DNA from: Bacteriovoracaceae bacterium
GTDB lineage: Bacteria > Bdellovibrionota > Bacteriovoracia > Bacteriovoracales > Bacteriovoracaceae
Assembly: GCA_049599895.1 (NCBI GenBank)
Contig: JBMYPC010000052.1
Coordinates: 1 to 19,754, forward strand
DNA length: 19,754 nt
Reading direction: 5' to 3'
Under the pieces are notes generated by a model. It had not been told where the DNA came from. It made no database searches and worked only from the letters and a program-made list of their open reading frames with translations. The position numbers and the translations under genes are program-made. Shown here one piece after another: positions 9,757 to 16,953 of the stretch (the first letter of the stretch is position 1; each line of letters begins with the position of its first letter).

Positions 9757-10978
9757 TCAACAAAAGCATCACTCTATTCGCTCAGAGTTTCCAGCACTGA
9801 AAACTCAAGTTCACGGAAAACCTCTAGTCTATCTTGATAGCGCAGCTTCAACTCTTAAATGCCAAAGTGTTTTAAAAGAACTCGACCAACATTATTATCA
9901 CGAAACGGCCAATATCCACCGCGGAGTCCACTACCTTAGTGAACTCGGAACACAAAAATATGAGGCCACTCGAATTGCGGCCCAAAACTTTATCGGTGCA
10001 AGCAAAACAGAAGAAATTATCTTCACAAAAGGCACCACTGACGGAATTAACCTTGTGGCCAGTAGCTGGGGTGAAAAAGAATTAAAAGCCGGAGATGTTA
10101 TCCTTCTTTCAACCATGGAACATCATTCTAATATTGTTCCCTGGCAGCTTATTGCTGAAAAGAAAAATGCCAAAGTTGTCGAAATTCCCATAAACGACAA
10201 TGGCGAAATTTTAATGAATGAGTATCAAAAGCTTTTAAGCTCTCATCCCGTTAAGATGGTTTCAATTGTCCATATTTCAAACTCGCTGGGAACAATCAAC
10301 CCTATTAAAGAGATGGTCCGACTTGCCCATGAGAATGGGGCCTTATTCTGTGTTGATGGCGCACAAGCTGTGGCCCATCAAGAAATTGATGTCAAAGATC
10401 TGGATTGCGATTTTTATGCTTTTTCTGGTCATAAAATCTACGGCCCAACGGGGACAGGAATTCTTTTTGGAAAAAAAGAGCATCTTGAATCCATGCCTCC
10501 CTATCAAGGGGGTGGTGATATGATTGATGTGGTGACTTTTGAGAAGACCACATATAACGACCTTCCCCATAAATTCGAAGCAGGAACTCCACATATTGCA
10601 GGCTTTATCGGACTTAAATTTGCTTTTGACTTTCTCACAAGTTACGGCTTAAAAAATATTGAACAATATGAAAAAGAGATTCTCGATTACGCCGAGAAGA
10701 AGCTGTCTGACCTTGAGGGTTTTAAAATCATTGGGACAGCCAAGAATAAAGCCGGAGTCGTCTCGTTTGATTACCTCGGACTTCACCCCCATGACATGGG
10801 AACAATTCTTGATCAGCAAGGGATTGCAGTGAGAACGGGACATCATTGTACACAGCCTCTTATGAAAAGATTAGGTGTTACGGCAACGGCAAGAGCTTCT
10901 CTTGGAATTTATACCAACAAAGAAGAAATTGATACGCTTTATGCTGGATTGTTAAAAGTTAAGGAACTACTTCTATGA
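9749..10978 (+). CDS. sufS: Cysteine desulfurase SufS (group II)
   Basis: LVYLDSAAS, ANIHRG, MEHHSN, FSGHK (PLP lysine), FEAGTP and RTGHHC (catalytic Cys). Confidence 0.97.
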   Translation: MIDQQKHHSIRSEFPALKTQVHGKPLVYLDSAASTLKCQSVLKELDQHYYHETANIHRGVHYLSELGTQKYEATRIAAQNFIGASKTEEIIFTKGTTDGINLVASSWGEKELKAGDVILLSTMEHHSNIVPWQLIAEKKNAKVVEIPINDNGEILMNEYQKLLSSHPVKMVSIVHISNSLGTINPIKEMVRLAHENGALFCVDGAQAVAHQEIDVKDLDCDFYAFSGHKIYGPTGTGILFGKKEHLESMPPYQGGGDMIDVVTFEKTTYNDLPHKFEAGTPHIAGFIGLKFAFDFLTSYGLKNIEQYEKEILDYAEKKLSDLEGFKIIGTAKNKAGVVSFDYLGLHPHDMGTILDQQGIAVRTGHHCTQPLMKRLGVTATARASLGIYTNKEEIDTLYAGLLKVKELLL

Positions 10979-11547
10979 GCGATAACATGGCCATTGAAAT
11001 TGACGTGGCCCCAACTCCCAACCCAAATGCCTTTAAATTTATTAGTAACTATACAATAAAGACTGAAGGAAACTCCACCTACCTCACTCCAATGGAATGT
11101 GGTGAGAATGACCTGGCCTTAAAACTCTTTATGCTAAGAGGAGTCGATCAACTTCACTTTTTCGATAACACGATTACTGTTACAAAGTTTGATTATGAGC
11201 CTTGGGAAGAACTTGAACAAAAGATTGTCGATTGCCTCTCGACTTATCTCCCTGAGCACAATCCCAATTACTTCGACCCCGACCCAGAGGCAGATCGAAG
11301 AAGAGATCTTCCACCTGATCTTCTCGCCATTGAAGAAATTCTTGATAAGACGATTCGCCCTGGTCTTCAGGCCGACGGTGGAGACATCCAGGCCCTTGAA
11401 TATAAAGATGATGTTCTGATCATTCGCTATATGGGAGCTTGTGGAACTTGCCCAAGTTCAACCACTGGGACTCTTGAAGCGATTAAAGGGATTCTTCGAG
11501 ACGAGTACAACCCTAAAATTGACGTCTTCATCTCTCCAGAGCTTTAG
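10975..11547 (+). CDS. Nfu/NifU-type Fe-S carrier (Nfu N-terminal domain plus NifU-C domain)
   Basis: PTPNPNAFKF N-terminal motif, IRPGLQADGGD and GACGTCPSS CxxC motif. ATGA overlap with sufS. Confidence 0.93.
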   Translation: MSDNMAIEIDVAPTPNPNAFKFISNYTIKTEGNSTYLTPMECGENDLALKLFMLRGVDQLHFFDNTITVTKFDYEPWEELEQKIVDCLSTYLPEHNPNYFDPDPEADRRRDLPPDLLAIEEILDKTIRPGLQADGGDIQALEYKDDVLIIRYMGACGTCPSSTTGTLEAIKGILRDEYNPKIDVFISPEL

Positions 11548-11556
11548 GAGGAATTT

Positions 11557-11583
11557 TGTAACTCTAATTGTCTTAGAGTTACA
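11557..11583. repeat. Perfect 11-bp inverted repeat (possible terminator, mRNA-stabilising hairpin or protein-binding site)
   Basis: TGTAACTCTAA-ttgtc-TTAGAGTTACA, about 10 bp after the nfu stop, between convergent units. No U-tract follows it on either strand. Confidence 0.7.
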
Positions 11584-11666
11584 TCATCCCATTTGATTTG
11601 GGCCATAACCCGAGGAATAGATCGCGGCCGATACCGTATACTGAACGACTTGTTTATCACATTAGT

Positions 11667-12092
11667 CTAAATCGTATATGATTCGATATTTAGAATTTGC
11701 TTTAACTTAGCTATGGTTGAGAGCCTAGGGTTCGCCTTTCCAGGAGTTTCTAACTTAGCGTACGCTTGCTGTGTAACACCAATTAAATCGGCAATCTTCT
11801 TTTGGGAAAACTTTTTCTCCTTACGTGACCTTCTTAAATAAATAGAGAATGCAATTTGCTCATCTACTTGAATTGGGTAAAAAGAACGAAATTTTGTTCT
11901 TTTTGCTCTTAAAACAGGTTCAGGAATATTAAGCTTTCGATCACAATTCGAAGCAAGCCAACCATCGAGGGCCTCTTTTGCATTTAACTTCGCTTCCTCA
12001 AGAGTATCTCCTTCAGAAAAGCAACCTTCAAGCTCAGGGAACTCCACAAAGTATCCATCAGAATCTTTTACAATCTTTGCATAATAAACCAT
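11667..12092 (-). CDS. hicB: HicB family antitoxin with C-terminal XRE-type HTH
   Basis: YFVEFPELEGCFSEGDTLEEAKLNAKEAL HicB domain and SQKKIADLIGVTQQAYAKLE...NPRLSTI HTH. GGGGAG ribosome-binding site. Downstream of hicA. Confidence 0.95.
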   Translation of the reverse strand: MVYYAKIVKDSDGYFVEFPELEGCFSEGDTLEEAKLNAKEALDGWLASNCDRKLNIPEPVLRAKRTKFRSFYPIQVDEQIAFSIYLRRSRKEKKFSQKKIADLIGVTQQAYAKLETPGKANPRLSTIAKLKQILNIESYTI

Positions 12093-12127
12093 TCAACCAC
12101 TCCCCAAAACTTATCTGTAAAAAACAA

Positions 12128-12313
12128 TTATTTTATCCCCGCCTGTTTTTTAATCGCTCTTTCTATGCCCTTTTTTAAATCCTTATTTGCATGAACGGGC
12201 ACAACAACTGTCTTCTTGCCCTTAACCATCATATGATGAGATCCATTGATCCTATCAAGCTTCCATCCATGTTTTCTTAAGAGCTTAATCAGCTCCTTAC
12301 CACTCATCGGCAT
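12128..12313 (-). CDS. hicA: HicA family mRNA interferase toxin
   Basis: SGKELIKLLRKHGW..RINGSHHMM...VVVPVH..KDLKKG..RAIKKQAG. Start is ATG 12313 or ATG 12307. Confidence 0.95.
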   Translation of the reverse strand: MPMSGKELIKLLRKHGWKLDRINGSHHMMVKGKKTVVVPVHANKDLKKGIERAIKKQAGIK

Positions 12314-12318
12314 AACTC

Positions 12319-12347
12319 ATTATACAACTTAAGGGTTGTAATAACAA
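12319..12347 (-). promoter_or_regulatory. Sigma70-type hicAB promoter with overlapping palindromic operator
   Basis: Minus strand TTGTTA-17 bp-TATAAT. Inverted repeat TACAAC-N6-GTTGTA (12323-12340) covers the spacer and the edge of the -10 box. Confidence 0.8.
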
Positions 12348-12731
12348 GATCATCTTATTACATATATTCAAGCACATAGGGAGCATTTAAGAAAAATTAA
12401 TGGTACACAAAGTATTAATGATCTAATTAAAAACCATTGGAGGAAATATGTCTAAGAAATCTCAGGAAACGGATCTTCATTGCTACTCTTGATTCATCTG
12501 GAGGAGGACGTCAAGAAAATCTAAATCTTTAATAAAGCAGCCGATCTTGATTTTGCATTAACCTTTCTTTTTTCTACTATTTCAAATAGCTCAGATTTAA
12601 GAGAAACTCGAATATCCTTTGCTTTCAACTCTTCATCAATTTTGGACCTTCATTTTTCGGAGAAAATGAACTTTTGTAATCATAGACCATCATTTCAGCT
12701 TGATCCCCGTCCTCTCTCTCTTGTATATAAA

Positions 12732-14165
12732 CTATGGTGCAAGAACAAGGCTGTCCGTTGTACAGACAGGAACCTTGAATTTCTTCAGCTCTGTTTGATT
12801 TGTTTTTTCATAAAGGGTAACTGTTGTTAGACCCTCAGATACACCTTCCATTCGATAGACATAATCAAAGTCAATTGTTGAAGATTGCTCAAGACTGAAA
12901 ACAGTCTGTCCATATTGATTGTATTTTCTGTGAACATCGTAAACAGGAAGATCCATCTCTCCGATCTCATTTCCAGGTGTATTGAAATACTCTGCAGATT
13001 GGTCGAAATCATTCACACATTCAGGTTGTCCTAGAAAAACAGTTTTCCCGTTAACCACAGTTGAGAGGACTTGAAAGCCAAAAAGGCTTGAAGCATCTTG
13101 AGTCGTATTACCGTCAACTGAAGTCTCGGCATAGTCTTTGTCAAAAACATCAAAGAGACTTTTCTTCTTCCTTCTTTCTGGCTCATCACAAAGAGGGTTC
13201 GCCGGAGGATTAAAAGGCTTCATGCAATTAATAGATGTTATGATTGTCGGCTTGAGAAATGTCCCGTCAGCAGGAGGATAATTCCTTGGATCAAGCTTAT
13301 ATTTTGGTGCTCCCCATAGAACACCCTTGAGAACTTTATTAGAATCAATCACTGCCGAACCAGAATTGCCTTGAATCGCAGTACATTCAAAAAGTGAGGC
13401 ACTCGGTCCATGAGGATATTCCGATGTATTAAGGTAAGCAGTGTTCTCTTTGGCGACACACTTCTTCTTAACAAAAAACGATCCTCCCTTACCATAGAGT
13501 TCTACGAGATCTGGTCGATTATCTCCAATGGGATCCATTGATAATGTCGTATAAACTTCATCTTCTTGAAATCCTGTAAAATCATGGCGAAGTGCAGGAC
13601 GCTCGGGAGCTGTCTTTAACTTTATAAGAGCGTAATCCCTTGGCCACTGAAAACCAGTTGGAACCAGGCCGTTATTACTTGAAAAAAGAACTTCGCTGCA
13701 ATCAAATGTGTCATAAGCAAGTTTATAATGTCCGTTTGCATTTGGAGTTGGCCCATCAAACTTTGGAAAGTGAGCGACAATTCGTTTTTCACAATTGGCC
13801 TTTCCCTCAGTCCAAAGCTGGAGCTTAAGGTCATCTGGAATACAGTGGGCATTCGTTAAAATGATATCTTTTCCAACTAGGGACGAAGAACATTGACCAC
13901 CTCTATATTTTCCTGCTCGCTTGTCATACTTTGAAAAATAAAGAAGAGCCGCTTCTTTTGGAATTTCAGTTTCTGCAGTATAAAACTGCTTCACGTTTTG
14001 CATCATACGATACATTTCATCTTTATTAGCAGTTGGTGGAACTGCTAACGGTGCGGGACCACCTTTTTTAGCTGTACCAAAGCCCCGTTGTGGGTCATCG
14101 GAGCCACAAGCCGTAAGAACAATCGCAACAAATAGAACTTGAAATAAATTTCGGTATACTTTCAT
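12732..14165 (-). CDS. Trypsin-like (S1) serine protease, lipoprotein
   Basis: Catalytic triad motifs LTNAHC, RDYALIKL and IQGNSGS. Start moved to ATG 14165 (AAGGGG upstream), giving the signal MKVYRNLFQVLFVAIVLTA|C with a lipobox. Confidence 0.9.
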   Translation of the reverse strand: MKVYRNLFQVLFVAIVLTACGSDDPQRGFGTAKKGGPAPLAVPPTANKDEMYRMMQNVKQFYTAETEIPKEAALLYFSKYDKRAGKYRGGQCSSSLVGKDIILTNAHCIPDDLKLQLWTEGKANCEKRIVAHFPKFDGPTPNANGHYKLAYDTFDCSEVLFSSNNGLVPTGFQWPRDYALIKLKTAPERPALRHDFTGFQEDEVYTTLSMDPIGDNRPDLVELYGKGGSFFVKKKCVAKENTAYLNTSEYPHGPSASLFECTAIQGNSGSAVIDSNKVLKGVLWGAPKYKLDPRNYPPADGTFLKPTIITSINCMKPFNPPANPLCDEPERRKKKSLFDVFDKDYAETSVDGNTTQDASSLFGFQVLSTVVNGKTVFLGQPECVNDFDQSAEYFNTPGNEIGEMDLPVYDVHRKYNQYGQTVFSLEQSSTIDFDYVYRMEGVSEGLTTVTLYEKTNQTELKKFKVPVCTTDSLVLAP

Positions 14166-14386
14166 TTTTTCCCCTTCTGAATCAACATTTGCTTTTAGCG
14201 TATGAAACACCATTGATTAATGGCCAAGGCTTAAGTGTAAGAAGATGAAAGTTTCCCGAGCTATTAACACGGTTATCCTGTAAAATCTTATCTCGCGACG
14301 CAATAACAAAAGGCACCGTTTACCCATGCATATTTTTGTTTGAACTATCAAACTTTTTGGTTATCATTAAAGAAAAGGAAGTCTTT

Positions 14387-14539
14387 ATGGTCGTTAATCA
14401 ATGTTTAGAAATTCTTAAAGAGATGACAAAAATTGAAAAAGAGATCTCAAAAATCGAAAAGTTGGCCCTTAAGCATGGGATTCAACTGGATTATCAAGAT
14501 CTCTTATCAGCAATAATTAAAAATAATTCTAAAAACTAA
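14387..14539 (+). CDS. Small hypothetical helical protein (50 aa)
   Basis: AAGGA precedes ATG 14387, preferred over TTG 14336. Amphipathic helical sequence. 4-bp convergent overlap with the hemF stop. Confidence 0.5.
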   Translation: MVVNQCLEILKEMTKIEKEISKIEKLALKHGIQLDYQDLLSAIIKNNSKN

Positions 14540-15426
14540 ACGTAAGACTGTGGCCTATAATATTCCATCATTTTGGAATGAGGCCCTTGATCTTTTGGTG
14601 AGTAACCATAGCTATACTTCACTCTCCCTGGTAGAGAAATTAAAATACTCTCCGTTCTTCCCCCACTTTTCAGACCAAAAGTTGTTCCACGATCATGAAT
14701 AAGGTTAAATTCAACATAACGACCGCGTCTGTGCAGTTGAAAATCAACGTCCTCATCATCATAGGCTTCGTTCATTCTTTTTTCGACAATTGGAAAATAA
14801 CTTTTGATGAAATGATTCCCAAGATGTTTTACCATTTCAAAGTCTTTACTTGTGTCCCCGGAATTGAAGTGATCAAAAAAGATTCCCCCAACACCTCTCA
14901 TTTCACCGCCTCTATGATGATTTACAAAGTATTCATCACATTGCTTTTTCATATCATCGTAACATCCGTATGGAGCGCAGGCATCTTTCCAAACTTCGTG
15001 AAAATAGTGAAAGTCTTCAACATTTGGATAATAAGGAGTGAGATCGGCTCCACCACCAAACCAAAACTTATCGCCACCCATAATCATTCTAAAATTAGCA
15101 TGAACAGTAGGAACTCGAGGATTATAAGGATGAATGATAAGTGATATTCCAGCTGCCCACATTTCAGCCTTAGTCGCTCCAATGCTTTTAGCAAATTCTG
15201 GAGAAATTTCACCAAATACGCATGAGGTGTTCACTCCAGCATTCTCAAAGATTTTTCCTCTTAGAGCCCGAGTTCTTCCTCCACCACCAGGATTGCCTCC
15301 AAAGTCTGTTCGGTTCCAAAAATCTTCAATTAATTCGATTTCAGGGTCAAGATCTTGCATTTTTCTAACAATCTGATCTTGTAAATCACAAACATATTGA
15401 TGAAACTCTTCTTTTAATTTTTCCAT
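14536..15426 (-). CDS. hemF: Oxygen-dependent coproporphyrinogen III oxidase
   Basis: GGGGRTR, FENAGVN, HPYNPRVPTVHANFR, WFGGGADLTP, RGVGGIFFD, RRGRYVEFNL and GRTESILISLP. GGAG ribosome-binding site. Confidence 0.97.
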   Translation of the reverse strand: MEKLKEEFHQYVCDLQDQIVRKMQDLDPEIELIEDFWNRTDFGGNPGGGGRTRALRGKIFENAGVNTSCVFGEISPEFAKSIGATKAEMWAAGISLIIHPYNPRVPTVHANFRMIMGGDKFWFGGGADLTPYYPNVEDFHYFHEVWKDACAPYGCYDDMKKQCDEYFVNHHRGGEMRGVGGIFFDHFNSGDTSKDFEMVKHLGNHFIKSYFPIVEKRMNEAYDDEDVDFQLHRRGRYVEFNLIHDRGTTFGLKSGGRTESILISLPGRVKYSYGYSPKDQGPHSKMMEYYRPQSYV

Positions 15427-15542
15427 TGGAACTCCAATTTGCTATAACCAAGAGCCAAACATTTTCGCCAAATCAATGACGCAAAGCTTGGTAAATTTAA
15501 TATTATTACTAGCAAGTATTATATAGCTGGTACGGTTACAAC

Positions 15543-16211
15543 ATGACAAAAATAAGACTTTCCATTGTTTTAGCTTTTCTTTTTGTTCACTCTATAGGGT
15601 TTGCTTTAGAAAAACACAATGCCGACAAGGAAACGAAAAAAAGACTTCCTGAATACGAATACAAATTTGTTGAACGGACCCATGAAGCAAGTGAGACCTT
15701 TAAACACATCGCAAGAATGTATGGAATCACTTGGCTCGTTTATCCTTTAACTCAACCTGAAGTGGTAAGAGAAAAAGGTTCATTTAAAAACTATAGAAAG
15801 AACTTTGGCCAAATTGTCTTTGATAAAGACGAACCATTTTGGAACTGGATAGTTCATCCTATTTCAGGCTCCCAGCTTTATCTTTACTACAGATCAGTAG
15901 GCTACAAGAGAGTTGATTCACTTTCACTTGCTTTTGTTTCTTCAACTCTCTTTGAATTCACAGTTGAAATTTATACTGAACCAGCTTCTGTTCAAGACCT
16001 TTATCAAACCCCTGTTTTAGGTTCTGTACTTGGGGTTGGCCTTGAAAACCTAAGTACCTACCTTCTTAACTCGGGCAACGCCTTTGGAAGGTTTTGGGGA
16101 CATGTCATCAACCCATGGTCTTTATTTGGTTTTTTTGAAGGCAAAGTCCTTATGACTCCGCAAACCAACTTCCGAAATGCTCATGGGCTTAACTTAATGG
16201 CGGAGTTTTAA
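15543..16211 (+). CDS. DUF3943-like exported/membrane protein
   Basis: Signal peptide followed by the pattern D-P-W-N-VHP-SGS-Y-YRS-GY...S-LFEF-VE-Y-EPASVQDL-TP-LGS-LG, recalled as DUF3943 from memory and not searched. Ends with a beta-strand-like tail terminating in F. Confidence 0.75.
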   Translation: MTKIRLSIVLAFLFVHSIGFALEKHNADKETKKRLPEYEYKFVERTHEASETFKHIARMYGITWLVYPLTQPEVVREKGSFKNYRKNFGQIVFDKDEPFWNWIVHPISGSQLYLYYRSVGYKRVDSLSLAFVSSTLFEFTVEIYTEPASVQDLYQTPVLGSVLGVGLENLSTYLLNSGNAFGRFWGHVINPWSLFGFFEGKVLMTPQTNFRNAHGLNLMAEF

Positions 16212-16886
16212 ATGAAAAATTTATTTATTCTCCTACTCTCCACTTTTCTGTTCTCATCTAGCTCATGGGCCTGGAATAAAAAGCTCGCCCTTAAAGGTGG
16301 AGTCCATACAAACTACATTCATCTCGGCGCTCTCAATCAATCAGAACAGGCATCTATGGGTGCGGGGTTTAACACTCACTTTGGTTATAAATACAATCGA
16401 TGGACTTTTGATATTAGTAGCCATATCAGTTTTGCGCCCTTTGAAAACCTTGATCTCAAGGCCCAAGACATTCAACTTAATAAAGTAAACGGTGATATTC
16501 GAAACCTTTCGATTGGAACCATTTTTAAATACAAAACCTCTTGGGAACCAAAGCCTACTTGGAACTTTATCGTTGGAGTTGGACCTCTTTGGTCACTTCT
16601 GACTTTAAAGATTGATGATGATCTCACTGACCAAGGCTTTAGCGCAGAAGATAAATTTGTCTATGAATCACAAGGCTTCACTTTCGTTCTTGGTCTGCAT
16701 GAGCAAACTGAATATAAAGAGATGCATCCGGTTTATATTGAGCTAGTCTTTGAGTATCTTAAATCTCACGAGCTGAGCACAGTCGATGCTAGTGATTCCG
16801 CAGAGATAGTTATCCGCTCCAAGGAAGAAATTAAGCAAGTTGAAAGCTTTCTCGTGCTTCTCAGTATGGGAATTATTCTTTTTTGA
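16212..16886 (+). CDS. Predicted outer-membrane beta-barrel protein (about 8 strands)
   Basis: Signal peptide (SSSWA|W), alternating amphipathic strands (GFNTHFGYKY, WTFDISSH, FIVGVG, GFTFVLG, VYIELVFEY) and C-terminal Phe (LSMGIILF). Starts immediately after the upstream stop. Confidence 0.7.
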   Translation: MKNLFILLLSTFLFSSSSWAWNKKLALKGGVHTNYIHLGALNQSEQASMGAGFNTHFGYKYNRWTFDISSHISFAPFENLDLKAQDIQLNKVNGDIRNLSIGTIFKYKTSWEPKPTWNFIVGVGPLWSLLTLKIDDDLTDQGFSAEDKFVYESQGFTFVLGLHEQTEYKEMHPVYIELVFEYLKSHELSTVDASDSAEIVIRSKEEIKQVESFLVLLSMGIILF

Positions 16887-16953
16887 GAAAAATCTACAAA
16901 CTGCAGCATGTAATCACAATTCTGTCCCCCAAATATGATAAAACTCATCCGTA

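Noticed and set aside
11545..11661. 38-codon minus-strand ORF after hicB (GTG start, INKSFSIRYRPRSIPRVMAQIKWDD...)
   Set aside because: No RBS or recognisable motif, and it runs through the inverted repeat.
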